Assembly (NCBI GenBank): GCA_965240325.2
Contig: OZ251234.1
Span: forward strand, 1,488,001 to 1,552,000
Reading direction: 5' to 3'
Origin: Rebecca billardiae RCC1528
Taxonomy: Eukaryota; Protista; Haptophyta
Length of the DNA stretch: 64,000 nucleotides
Below are positions 38,001 to 42,797 of this stretch, in pieces (position 1 is the first letter of the stretch; the number at the start of each line of letters is the position of its first letter). The notes under the pieces were generated by a model. The model did no database searches. It was not told the DNA's origin and worked only from the letters and a program-made list of their open reading frames with translations. Made by a program: the position numbers and the translations under genes.

Positions 38001-41000
38001 GGCGATGGCGGCGGAGAGGGCGGCGGCGATGGCGGCGGTGGGCTCGGTGGCGGGCTCGGCGGTGGGCTCGGTGGCGGCGACGGCGGCGGCAGCGGAGGCG
38101 GCGGGCTCGGCGGTGGCGCCGGTGGCGGGCTCGGCGGCGGGCTGGGCGGCGGGCTGGGCGGCGGGCTGGGCGGCGGCACGGGCGGCGGGCTGGGCGGCGG
38201 CGATGGCGGCGGCGGCGATGGCGGCGGGCTCGGCGGAGGGCTGGGCGGCGGCGAGGGCGGCGGGCTCGGCGGCGGCGAGGGCGGCGGGCTCGGTGGCGGC
38301 GAGGGTGGCGGGCTCGGCGGCGGGCTCGGCGGCGGGCTTGGCGGCGGCGAGGGCGGCGGGCGCGGCGGCGCCGGCGGTGGGAAGGGAAACTGTCGCGGCG
38401 GCGGTGGCGGCAGCGGCGGCGGGGAGGGCGGTGGCGAGGGCGGCGGGGAGGGCGGTGGGCTGGGGGGGGGAGCAGGGGGGGGAGAGGGCGGCGGTGATGG
38501 CGGCGTCGACGGTGGCGGCGGGCTGGGGGGCGGCGAGGGTGGTGGGCTCGGCGGCGGCGACGGCGGCGGCGACGGCGGTGGCGACGGCGGCGGGCTGGGC
38601 GGTGGCGACGGTGGCGGCGGGCTGGGCGGCGGGGAAGGCGGTGGCGATGGTGGTGGGCTCGGGGGCGGCGTGGGCGGTGGGGGGCTCGGCGGTGGACTCG
38701 GCGGCGGGCTTGGTGGCTGCGTCGGCGGTGGCGCCGGTGGCGGCGGGCTCGGCGGCGGCGAGGGCGGCGGTGATGGCGGCGGAATCGGCGGAGGCGATGG
38801 CGGTGGTGAGGGCGGCGGGCTCGGCGGCGGGCTCGGCGGCGGCGTGGGCGGCGGGCTCGGCGGCGGCGAGGGCGGCGGCGGCGAGGGCGGTGGTGAGGGC
38901 GGCGGGCTAGGCGGCGGGCTGGGCGGCGGTGAGGGCGGCGGTGAGGGCGGCGGGCTGGGCGGTGCCGAGGGCGGCGGCGAGGGCGGCGGGCTCGGCGGCG
39001 GGCTCGGAGGCGGTAGCGGCGGCGGCGGCGAGCGCGCGGTGCCCTGCAGGTCGATCAAGCTGAGCCCCTGCGTGTACACGGCGCTCACCTCCGCGGCGGT
39101 CAGCACGCCCGTGTACACGCCCACGTCGTCGATCGCCCCCGAGAACTGGTCGCTGCTCGAGGCGACGGACGTGCACAGCTTGAGCGCGCTCGCCCCCGTG
39201 CTGAGCGCCGCGCCGAGCGCGCGCGTGCCGTACTTGCCGCCGTGCGCCGCGCCGCCGTCGACGGCGAAGGAGAGCGTGGTCACGCCGTCGTACGTGACGG
39301 CGGCGTGTATCCACACGCCCGCGCTGCGCCCGTCCTCCCCGGAGCCCTCCGTCGCGCCGCAGTGCGTGTTCGCGATCCCGCCCGCCCACACGCACAGCCC
39401 GGCGCTCGTCGACACCAACACGTCAAATTGACCGTTGGTCACGCCCGGACTGCCCCACGAGACGACGGAGTCGGCGCCGCCGCCGCCCGCGCGCTTGAAC
39501 CACACCATCACCGAGCGCGCCACGGAGCCGCCGAGGGTTCCCGCCGCGACCGCACCGTCGCCCGTCGCCGAGTCCGCCGAGCCGCACTGCAGCGCAGAGC
39601 CAATCCGCCCCTCGGCCGGGCTGCTCTGCGACGCGCCCGCGCTGAGCGTGAGGCCGATGGCGGCGGGGCCGAGGTCGAGGCCGGGCATGCCGGACGCGTC
39701 GAAGGCGTAGTGGTGCTGCAGGCTCGCCGCGACGGGCGGCGGCGGGCTCGGCGGCGGCGGCGGCGGCGCGGGCGGCGGGCTGGGCGGCGGAGCGGGCGGC
39801 GGTGGGCTCGGCGGCGGCGAGGGCGGCGGGCTTGGCGGCGGGCTCGGCGGCGGGCTCGGCGGCGGCAGCGGCGGCGGCGGGCTGGGCGGCGGGCTGGGCG
39901 GCGGCAGCGGCGGCGGCGGCGCGAGCGCCGCCCCGGTCAGATCGAGCCCGCTCGCCGCGTTGCTCACGATCGTCGCCAGCTGCGCCGCGGTGAGCACCCC
40001 GTAGAAAATACCCACGTCGTCCAGCTCGCCTCGGAAGAAGTCCGGTAGGAATCCGGCGGTGGGGCCTCCGACCGAGAGCACCGTGCTCGCGCCGTTGCCC
40101 GTGTTGAGCGCGCGCGCCTGGCTCACGCTCAGCGCGCCGTCCCGGTAGATCCGCACGTCCGAGCCGTCGTACGTCACGGCGACGTGCAGCCACACAGAGG
40201 CGCCCACCGCACCCGCCTGCGTGCCCGCGCCGAGGAACCCAAAGTGCGCCACGAGCACGTCGCTGCTCAGCCCGAGCTCGAAGGCCTGCGCCGAGGCGGC
40301 CGAGCCGTACGAGAGCGCGGCGGGCTGCTCGCCCGTCCCCGTCGCGTTGAGCCGCAGCCACAGCGCCACCGAGCGCGCCGCCGCGCCCGAGATCGTGTCA
40401 GTAAGGCCTGCGGGCGCGCTCAGCCGTGTGGAGCCGTCCAGCTGTAGCGCGCGCCCGACGCGGCCGTCGTCGGCGTACGCGACGGCGCCCGAGGCGAGGG
40501 TGAGCCCGTCCACCTGCCCGTTCAGGCTGTACTGCGCGAGCAGCGCCGCGGCGGGCGCCGCCGACGAGTCACCGTTCGCCGACACCTCCGCAAGGCCGTT
40601 GGAGTAGAGAGATGCCGCCTGCGTCGAGTTGAGCGCGGCCGAGTAGAGCGCCACGTCGTCGAGCAGGCCGGTCCAGCGCTGCGTGCGGACGAGGCCGGCG
40701 CAGACGTACAAGAACTCGCCCTGCGTCTCGAGGCTCGTCGACGACGCGCTCGCGCGCTCGACGCCGTCCAGAAAGAGCGTCGTCGTGGTGCTCGGCGCGT
40801 CATATGCGACAGCGACGTGGTACCAGCTGCTGCCGTCGTAGCTGAGCAGGCCGGAGGCGGTCGTGAGCAGCGAGGCGAAGAAGTTGGGGTAGAAGGTGAG
40901 CCCGCCGTTTGTCAGCGCGCGCAGCTCGAAGTACGCGTTGCCCGACGCGAAGCCCGGGCCCACTGCCGCGATGCCCACCTCCTGGCTGAGCGATGTCGAC

Positions 41001-41356
41001 GGCGGCCGCAGCCAGAGCGAGAGGGTCTTGGAGGCCGAGCCGCCGTTGAACTCGGGGATCGCGTCGCTCCCGCCGTCATCCTTCTCGAGCGTGACCCCAG
41101 AGCAGTCGACGGCCTCGCCGATCTGGCCGGTCGCGTACGCGACGGTACCGGACTGCACGGCGAGCGCGCTCGGACCGCTCAGTGCCGAGGTGAGGTCCTC
41201 GTCGAGCTGGTAGAGGTAGGCGAGCGAGCTCGAGGAGGCGTGGTGCACGGGGACGCGTGAAGCGAAGAGCACGAGTGCGAGGAGACCGCGGGCAGTGCTG
41301 AGCACCGCCGGCGTGCGCGCGCGCCGCGCCTGCGGCGCAGCAGCCGGTGCAGCCAT
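17075..41356 (-). CDS. Giant (~8,093 aa) predicted type I membrane glycoprotein: signal peptide, 3 LamG-like domains, ~6,000-aa (SPPP/SPPPP)n, 28 GCxD..NYD..AT.DDGSC repeats, Cys-rich segment, TM helix, cytoplasmic tail
   Basis: Uninterrupted 24.3-kb ORF from ATG 41356. N-terminal hydrophobic GLLALVLFA. Three W.H.AV.YD...G.(L/I)DDV..(Y/F)...L concanavalin/LamG motifs at ~40600-41230, ~39950-40540 and ~39050-39720. TM segment IAAAIIVYHALLLGAVVWLCG at ~17880-17945. Confidence 0.9.
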   Translation of the reverse strand: MAAPAAAPQARRARTPAVLSTARGLLALVLFASRVPVHHASSSSLAYLYQLDEDLTSALSGPSALAVQSGTVAYATGQIGEAVDCSGVTLEKDDGGSDAIPEFNGGSASKTLSLWLRPPSTSLSQEVGIAAVGPGFASGNAYFELRALTNGGLTFYPNFFASLLTTASGLLSYDGSSWYHVAVAYDAPSTTTTLFLDGVERASASSTSLETQGEFLYVCAGLVRTQRWTGLLDDVALYSAALNSTQAASLYSNGLAEVSANGDSSAAPAAALLAQYSLNGQVDGLTLASGAVAYADDGRVGRALQLDGSTRLSAPAGLTDTISGAAARSVALWLRLNATGTGEQPAALSYGSAASAQAFELGLSSDVLVAHFGFLGAGTQAGAVGASVWLHVAVTYDGSDVRIYRDGALSVSQARALNTGNGASTVLSVGGPTAGFLPDFFRGELDDVGIFYGVLTAAQLATIVSNAASGLDLTGAALAPPPPLPPPSPPPSPPPPLPPPSPPPSPPPSPPPSPPPSPPPPAPPPSPPPAPPPPPPSPPPPVAASLQHHYAFDASGMPGLDLGPAAIGLTLSAGASQSSPAEGRIGSALQCGSADSATGDGAVAAGTLGGSVARSVMVWFKRAGGGGADSVVSWGSPGVTNGQFDVLVSTSAGLCVWAGGIANTHCGATEGSGEDGRSAGVWIHAAVTYDGVTTLSFAVDGGAAHGGKYGTRALGAALSTGASALKLCTSVASSSDQFSGAIDDVGVYTGVLTAAEVSAVYTQGLSLIDLQGTARSPPPPLPPPSPPPSPPPSPPPSAPPSPPPSPPPSPPPSPPPSPPPSPPPSPPPPSPPPSPPPTPPPSPPPSPPPSPPPSPPPIPPPSPPPSPPPSPPPPAPPPTQPPSPPPSPPPSPPPPTPPPSPPPSPPPSPPPSPPPPSPPPSPPPSPPPSPPPSPPPSPPPSPPPSPPPPSTPPSPPPSPPPAPPPSPPPSPPPSPPPSPPPLPPPPPRQFPFPPPAPPRPPPSPPPSPPPSPPPSPPPSPPPSPPPSPPPSPPPSPPPSPPPSPPPSPPPPSPPPSPPPVPPPSPPPSPPPSPPPSPPPAPPPSPPPPLPPPSPPPSPPPSPPPSPPPPSPPPSPPPSPPPSPPPSPPPPSPPPSPPPSPPPSPPPSPPPSPPPSPPPSPPPLPPPSPPPSPPPSPPPSPSPPSPPPSPPPSPPPSPPPSPPPPSPPPSPPPSPPPSPPPSPPPSPPPSPPPRPPPSPPPSPPPPSPPPSPPPSPPPSPPPSPPPPAPPPSPPPSPPPSPPPSPPPRPPPSPPPSPPPSPPPPSPPPSPPPSPPPSPPPSPPPARPPSPPPSPPPSPPPPSPPPSPPPSPPPSPPPSPPPPNPPPSPPPSPPPSPPPSPPPSPPPSPPPSPPPSPPPPGAPPSPPPSPPPYPPPSPPPSPPPSPPPSPPPSPPPPSPPPSPPPSPPPSPPPSPPPPSPPPSPPPSPPPSPPPSPPPSPPPSPPPSPPPSPPPPSPPPSPPPSPPPSPPPSPPPPSPPPSPPPSPPPFPPPSPPPSPPPSPPPSPPPSPPPPSPPPSPPPSPPPSPPPSPPPPSPPPSPPPSPPPSPPPSPPPPSPPPSPPPSPPPSPPPSPPPSPPPSPPPLPPPSPPPPSPPPSPPPRPPPSPPPSPPPPSPPPSPPPFPPPSPPPSPPPSPPPSPPPSPPPSPPPPSPPPSPPPSPPPSPPPSPPPPSPPPSPPPSPPPSPPPSPPPSPPPSPPPSPPPSPPPPSPPPSPPPSPPPSPPPSPPPSPPPSPPPSPPPSPPPPSPPPSPPPSPPPSPPPSPPPPSPPPSPPPSPPPSPPPSPPPSPPPSPPPSPPPSPPPPSPPPSPPPSPPPSPPPSPPPAPPPSPPPSPPPSPPPPSPPPSPPPSPPPSPPPSPPPSPPPSPPPSPPPSPPPSPPPSPPPSPPPSPPPPSPPPSPPPSPPPSPPPSPPPSPPPLPPPSPPPSPPPPSPPPSPPPSPPPSPPPSPPPSPPPSPPPSPPPSPPPPSPPPSPPPSPPPSPPPSPPPSPPPSPPPSPPPSPPPPSPPPSPPPSPPPSPPPSPPPSPPPSPPPSPPPSPPPPSPPPSPPPSPPPSPPPSPPPPSPPPSPPPSPPPRPPPSPPPSPPPSPPPSPPPSPPPPSPPPSPPPSPPPSPPPSPPPSPPPSPPPSPPPSPPPPSPPPSPPPSPPPSPPPSPPPSPPPSPPPSPPPSPPPPSPPPSPPPSPPPSPPPSPPPFPPPSPPPSPPPSPPPPSPPPSPPPSPPPSPPPSPPPSPPPSPPPSPPPSPPPPSPPPSPPPSPPPSPPPSPPPPSPPPSPPPSPPPSPPPSPPPSPPPSPPPSPPPSPPPPSPPPSPPPSPPPSPPPSPPPPSPPPSPPPSPPPSPPPSPPPSPPPSPPPSPPPSPPPPSPPPSPPPSPPPSPPPSPPPPSPPPSPPPSPPPSPPPSPPPSPPPSPPPSPPPSPPPPSPPPSPPPNPPPSPPPSPPPPSPPPSPPPSPPPSPPPSPPPSPPPSPPPSPPPSPPPPSPPPSPPPSPPPNPPPSPPPSPPPSPPPSPPPSPPPPSPPPSPPPSPPPSPPPSPPPSPPPSPPPSPPPSPPPSPPPSPPPSPPPSPPPPSPPPSPPPSPPPSPPPSPPPSPPPSPPPSPPPSPPPPSPPPSPPPSPPPSPPPSPPPSPPPSPPPSPPPSPPPSPPPSPPPSPPPSPPPPSPPPSPPPSPPPSPPPSPPPSPPPSPPPSPPPSPPPSPPPSPPPSPPPSPPPPSPPPSPPPSPPPSPPPSPPPSPPPSPPPSPPPSPPPPSPPPSPPPSPPPSPPPSPPPSPPPSPPPSPPPSPPPSPPPSPPPSPPPSPPPPSPPPSPPPSPPPSPPPSPPPSPPPSPPPSPPPSPPPSPPPSPPPSPPPSPPPPSPPPSPPPSPPPSPPPSPPPSPPPSPPPSPPPSPPPPSPPPSPPPSPPPSPPPSPPPSPPPSPPPSPPPSPPPSPPPNPPPSPPPSPPPPSPPPSPPPSPPPSPPPSPPPSPPPSPPPSPPPSPPPSPPPSPPPSPPPSPPPPSPPPSPPPSPPPSPPPSPPPSPPPSPPPSPPPSPPPPSPPPSPPPSPPPSPPPSPPPSPPPSPPPSPPPSPPPSPPPSPPPSPPPSPPPPSPPPSPPPSPPPSPPPSPPPSPPPSPPPSPPPSPPPPSPPPSPPPSPPPSPPPSPPPSPPPSPPPSPPPSPPPPSPPPSPPPSPPPGPPPSPPPSPPPSPPPSPPPSPPPSPPPSPPPSPPPSPPPPSPPPSPPPSPPPSPPPSPPPPSPPPSPPPSPPPSPPPSPPPSPPPSPPPSPPPSPPPGPPPSPPPSPPPSPPPPSPPPSPPPSPPPSPPPSPPPSPPPSPPPSPPPSPPPPSPPPSPPPSPPPSPPPSPPPSPPPSPPPSPPPSPPPPSPPPSPPPSPPPSPPPSPPPSPPPSPPPSPPPSPPPPSPPPSPPPSPPPSPPPSPPPSPPPSPPPSPPPSPPPSPPPSPPPSPPPSPPPPSPPPSPPPSPPPSPPPSPPPSPPPSPPPSPPPSPPPPSPPPSPPPSPPPSPPPSPPPSPPPSPPPSPPPSPPPGPPPSPPPSPPPSPPPPSPPPSPPPSPPPSPPPSPPPSPPPSPPPSPPPSPPPPSPPPSPPPSPPPSPPPSPPPSPPPSPPPSPPPSPPPSPPPSPPPSPPPSPPPPSPPPSPPPSPPPSPPPSPPPSPPPSPPPSPPPSPPPSPPPSPPPSPPPSPPPPSPPPSPPPSPPPSPPPSPPPSPPPSPPPSPPPSPPPSPPPSPPPSPPPSPPPPSPPPSPPPSPPPSPPPSPPPSPPPSPPPSPPPSPPPPSPPPSPPPSPPPSPPPSPPPSPPPSPPPSPPPSPPPSPPPNPPPSPPPSPPPPSPPPSPPPSPPPSPPPSPPPSPPPGPPPSPPPSPPPSPPPSPPPSPPPSPPPPSPPPSPPPLPPPSPPPSPPPSPPPSPPPSPPPSPPPPSPPPSPPPSPPPSPPPSPPPSPPPSPPPSPPPSPPPSPPPSPPPSPPPSPPPPSPPPSPPPSPPPNPPPSPPPSPPPSPPPSPPPSPPPSPPPSPPPSPPPSPPPPSPPPSPPPSPPPSPPPSPPPSPPPSPPPSPPPSPPPPSPPPSPPPSPPPSPPPSPPPSPPPSPPPSPPPSPPPPSPPPSPPPSPPPSPPPSPPPSPPPSPPPFPPPSPPPSPPPSPPPSPPPSPPPPSPPPSPPPSPPPSPPPSPPPSPPPSPPPSPPPSPPPPSPPPNPPPSPPPSPPPSPPPSPPPSPPPSPPPSPPPSPPPSPPPSPPPSPPPPSPPPSPPPSPPPSPPPSPPPSPPPSPPPSPPPSPPPSPPPSPPPSPPPSPPPPSPPPSPPPSPPPSPPPSPPPSPPPSPPPSPPPSPPPPSPPPSPPPSPPPSPPPSPPPSPPPSPPPSPPPSPPPSPPPSPPPSPPPSPPPPSPPPSPPPSPPPSPPPSPPPSPPPSPPPSPPPSPPPSPPPSPPPSPPPSPPPPSPPPSPPPSPPPSPPPSPPPSPPPSPPPSPPPSPPPPSPPPSPPPSPPPSPPPSPPPSPPPSPPPSPPPSPPPSPPPSPPPSPPPSPPPPSPPPSPPPSPPPSPPPSPPPSPPPSPPPSPPPSPPPPSPPPSPPPSPPPSPPPSPPPSPPPSPPPSPPPSPPPPSPPPSPPPSPPPSPPPSPPPSPPPSPPPSPPPSPPPSPPPSPPPSPPPSPPPSPPPSPPPSPPPSPPPPSPPPSPPPSPPPSPPPSPPPSPPPSPPPSPPPSPPPSPPPSPPPSPPPSPPPPSPPPSPPPSPPPSPPPSPPPSPPPSPPPSPPPSPPPPSPPPSPPPSPPPSPPPSPPPSPPPSPPPSPPPSPPPSPPPSPPPSPPPSPPPPSPPPSPPPSPPPSPPPSPPPSPPPSPPPSPPPSPPPPSPPPSPPPSPPPSPPPSPPPSPPPSPPPSPPPSPPPPSPPPSPPPSPPPSPPPSPPPSPPPSPPPSPPPSPPPSPPPSPPPSPPPSPPPSPPPSPPPSPPPSPPPPSPPPSPPPSPPPSPPPSPPPSPPPSPPPSPPPSPPPPSPPPSPPPSPPPSPPPSPPPSPPPSPPPSPPPSPPPPSPPPSPPPSPPPSPPPSPPPSPPPSPPPSPPPSPPPSPPPSPPPSPPPSPPPSPPPSPPPSPPPSPPPPSPPPSPPPSPPPSPPPSPPPSPPPSPPPSPPPSPPPPSPPPSPPPSPPPSPPPSPPPSPPPSPPPSPPPSPPPPSPPPSPPPSPPPSPPPSPPPSPPPSPPPSPPPSPPPSPPPSPPPSPPPSPPPSPPPSPPPSPPPSPPPPSPPPSPPPSPPPSPPPSPPPSPPPSPPPSPPPSPPPSPPPSPPPSPPPSPPPPSPPPSPPPSPPPSPPPSPPPSPPPSPPPSPPPSPPPPSPPPSPPPSPPPSPPPSPPPSPPPSPPPAPPPSPPPSPPPSPPPSPPPSPPPSPPPSPPPSPPPSPPPPSPPPSPPPSPPPSPPPSPPPSPPPSPPPSPPPSPPPSPPPSPPPSPPPSPPPPSPPPSPPPSPPPSPPPSPPPSPPPSPPPSPPPSPPPPSPPPSPPPSPPPSPPPSPPPSPPPSPPPSPPPSPPPSPPPSPPPSPPPSPPPSPPPSPPPSPPPSPPPPSPPPSPPPSPPPSPPPSPPPSPPPSPPPSPPPSPPPSPPPSPPPSPPPSPPPPSPPPSPPPSPPPSPPPSPPPSPPPSPPPSPPPSPPPPSPPPSPPPSPPPSPPPSPPPSPPPSPPPSPPPSPPPSPPPSPPPSPPPSPPPSPPPSPPPSPPPSPPPPSPPPSPPPSPPPSPPPSPPPSPPPSPPPSLPPSPPPSPPPSPPPSPPPSPPPSPPPSPPPSPPPSPPPPSPPPSPPPSPPPSPPPSPPPSPPPSPPPSPPPSPPPPSPPPSPPPSPPPSPPPSPPPSPPPSPPPNPPPSPPPSPPPSPPPSPPPSPPPPSPPPSPPPSPPPSPPPSPPPSPPPSPPPSPPPSPPPSPPPSPPPSPPPSPPPSPPPSPPPSPPPSPPPPSPPPSPPPSPPPSPPPSPPPSPPPSPPPSPPPSPPPPSPPPSPPPSPPPSPPPSPPPSPPPSPPPSPPPSPPPPSPPPSPPPAPPPSPPPSPPPSPPPSPPPSPPPSPPPSPPPSPPPSPPPSPPPSPPPSPPPSPPPSPPPPSPPPSPPPSPPPSPPPSPPPPSPPPSPPPSPPPSPPPSPPPSPPPSPPPSPPPSPPPSPPPSPPPSPPPSPPPPSPPPSPPPSPPPSPPPSPPPSPPPSPPPSPPPSPPPSPPPSPPPSPPPSPPPPSPPPSPPPSPPPKPPPSPPPSPPPSPPPSPPPSPPPPSPPPSPPPSPPPSPPPSPPPRPPPSPPPSPPPSPPPSPPPSPPPSPPPSPPPPSPPPSPPPSPPPGPPPSPPPSPPPHPPPSPPPSPPPSPPPSPPPSPPPSPPPSPPPSPPPSPPPSPPPPSPPPSPPPSPPPSPPPSPPPPSPPPSPPPSPPPSPPPSPPPSPPPSPPPSPPPSPPPSPPPSPPPLPPPSPPPSPPPSPPPSPPPSPPPPIPPPSPPPSPPPSPPPLPPPSPPPSPPPHPPPSPPPSPPPSPPPSPPPSPPPPSPPPSPPPASPPSPPPSPPPPSPPPSPPPSPPPSPPPSPPPSPPPRPPPSPPPSPPPSPPPSPPPSPPPSPPPPSQPPLPPPSPPPSPPPSPPPGPPPSPPPSPPPSPPPPSPPPSPPPSPPPSPPPSPPPSPPPSPPPSPPPSPPPPSPPPSPPPSPPPSPPPNPPPSPPPSPPPSPPPSPPPPSPPPSPPPGPPPSPPPSPPPSPPPSPPPSPPPSPPPPSPPPSPPPSLPPSPPPRPPPPPRVSPFPPPPPSAPPSPPPSPPSQPPPPPSPSPPPVLGCRDSLALNYDSRAVLLSDCAYAVAGCTNSSALNYRGAATADDGSCAHSKAGCMDPAASNYDSAATVPARERCEYVLRGCTDSAAPNYGSAYGADDGSCILPAPGCTSPAALNYASMATTSDGSCVFPILGCTDSTATNYKPSANTDNGRCVAAVAGCTVPCAANFDSSATVNDGSCTFPLSGCTDSAARNYRSEAGVDDGSCEQPVLGCMATAALNYDSSATRDSGSCVFGVRGCTDSAALNFKPSATADDGSCVPDVPGCMSTAALNFDPSATRTDGSCAFGVLGCTDSSALNFRPGATADDGGCVDAVAGCMSPSADNYDSSATTHEVGSCVYAAARRRLDGRGARALAEAEAACPDSAADNYDPLANGTNASSAACEYAGCAHSAARNYDSTATFNDGSCAFEVAGCTDSAADNYAADATADDGTCELGGCTDSAAANFDSVATYTDGGCVLPPSGCTEPAAANYDSAAEADDGSCVLLGCTDSSAANFDPSATDEDGSCLAPLSGCTESGATNFQPGASVDDGSCVHAGCTDSDASNFDSSATESDASCVSPVDGCADTAALNYDSAATLDDGSCVYAVLGCTAPAALNYDSGATTGDVTAQCVFGVSGCTDSLAWNWASGATEHAGGCSYAGCTASNASNYDPTATFDDGSCAPEVRGCTDTRALNFVSDATADDGSCRHAGCTDSTARNFDASSVVDDGGCDFFSPPPLPPPSPPPPSPPPSPPPSPPPPSPPPSPPPPSPPPSPPSPPGPPSYPPALPPSGGTRVLLRTLHRGDVSDFDGAARARYLSGFASIFRLPEERLEIVSVRAASVLVVLGVDVSEAFGQASVLGTLANVSTAALESALNVSLLDQVRLATSGCLDPAALNYDSEAGLDDGSCEFTCLGSVDACGVCDGEGASCNGCDGVAYSGKEIDACGECGGDAASDLSCPDDGGTAGASAAQLSGADAGLGALSPAEQGTIAAAIIVYHALLLGAVVWLCGRWARQLRQLGAERDARESTAGGAKAVGVRSAAEPPPPAFSRSSTDRTLGGRHGVDEPATPRARIRPPPPRDVMPSDASACAPATAARRLSSSPAPPFGAAERVAPLPRPPRLNSASFGSQRSLGGGSTLYDGIDPPRPPAPTQRTSSTTDLTTPVRTTPPALRRARFLGSCSGAGSSSSARGEGQAEFAQAIERAQWLVEPGTDESAAQLTDRALAPTDRAEPPASEVRAGGEAGAQDPAAWQPRHAPADDGGSGDDEDSADDAYSA
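18715..20845 (-). repeat. 27 tandem ~24-28-aa Cys-rich coding repeats (GC[T/M]D..A.N[Y/F]D..AT.DDGSC); a 28th copy lies near 18180-18250
   Basis: Counted by hand in the translation. Confidence 0.9.
20848..39030 (-). repeat. Coding extensin/pherophorin-like Ser-Pro3/Ser-Pro4 array with 429-bp and 477-bp higher-order units
   Basis: 12/15-bp units. Landmarks recur at 32167/32596/33025/33454 and 27631/28060/28489 (429 bp) and at 24581/25058/25535 (477 bp). Confidence 0.95.
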
Positions 41357-42797
41357 GGCTTCCGGCTGCCACCCGCGCTCGCGCGCCTGCAGCTTCGAAG
41401 CAGCGATGAGCTGAAAGCCGCACCGGCCACCGGTCAATGCACAGCTAAATTTGGGCTCCAAACCGCGCCGCGGTTGTTTGTGGTTTCGTCTGGCATAGGT
41501 GGCCGAGTACCCGCATCTGTCGTCAGATACTGTACAGGTAGGCCATCTTGAAACGTCGGGGATCCTTTGCAAGCACGGTGCGCAAACTGCAAAAGCGAGT
41601 CAAAAGCTGCACGTGTACCTGCCTGGCTGCCAGTGCTGCCACCTGGGCTCGGCCTCGGCACGCATGCGGCGAGTGCCGGCGACTCACGACGCCGCGTGCG
41701 CGCCATCAATTCATCACTCTTGAGAGGCTAGTGACCTACTCCTAAAAGATGCGGACCAGCAACGGTCAGCAGGGCGCCAGGCTCATCAGGGCTGCGCGCG
41801 TACGGGCTACGGCGTAGCGCTTACTGGCGCAGCGCAGCCAATAAGGCAGATGGCGTCGACCGATAGTCTCGGTGAGTCGGCTGACGCCGACGGACCGAGC
41901 CCGAGGCGGACATTGCCAATGCCACTTAGTGGCATTGCACATCGCGCTGGGTTACACAGGCTTCCGGTAACACCGCCGGGACGCAGCCGCAGGACGCCGG
42001 ACGGCGGCCTGACGGCTGACTCACCCGTCACCGGCCAGGACGGGCCTCGTAGCTGGGCAGACGGCCAGGCCGCAGAGTCCGCAGACCGCTGCCAGGCAGT
42101 TGTGTCATGCGTTAGTGTACGCGTGTGTCGTGTCACGTGTGCGGCCGCGAGTGGCGACCGGCGTGTCCGTCACTCCGTGACCGCGTGCGTGACACGGCAC
42201 GACAGCCGGACGTGGAGGGACGTCGAAGTCGAAACGACGCGTCGCTTCGTCGTGGATTGTCGTCACTGAGTCATTGCAGGGCCGCGCCGACGATCGTGCG
42301 GACGAGCCGGTGAGCCGCGTGCGTGATGCATCCGGTCCGGAGTCCGGACGAGCTGCCCGGACGAGCGTCGGGGCTTGCTGCCACAGCGCAGACGAAGGCA
42401 CCGAGCGCGGGCCATGGGAGCTGTGAGGCAAAGGGGGTCGCTCTGGTCGTGTGGCGGTGTGCGCTGCGCAGCTTGGAGCTGGATTCGAGCGCGGCGGCAC
42501 GGCGGGGCCGAGCCTTCGCCGGCCGGCGGCCGCGTGCACCGTCGTCGTCGTACACCCATCCCCGGCCGAGACCGCGAGCGCGCGCGCGAGCGCTGGCGTG
42601 GAGGCGCGGGCGGCCGGCGCCGATCGGACCGCGCCTGTGCTGGCATGGCGGCGCGGGCGGCCGGCGCCAATCCGGCCGCACCTGGGTGGATCCGCGTTGG
42701 GCCACGCGCGCGCGCACTGCCCGCACGCGGCTGAGCGCCAGCACGGCGTATGGCCGCGCGGCCGGCTGCCGCGGCGCACGCGGCGTCGGCCACGCGG

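Noticed and set aside
20817-39431. 6,204-aa Gly-rich ORF and the many Ala/Val/Gly ORFs on the + strand
   Set aside because: Antisense shadows of the Ser-Pro array; only the minus frame links signal peptide, domains and TM helix.
41400-42790. Several overlapping ORFs between the giant gene and the 42798 gene
   Set aside because: Low-complexity Arg/Ala/Pro translations expected by chance at this GC content; no domain signal.
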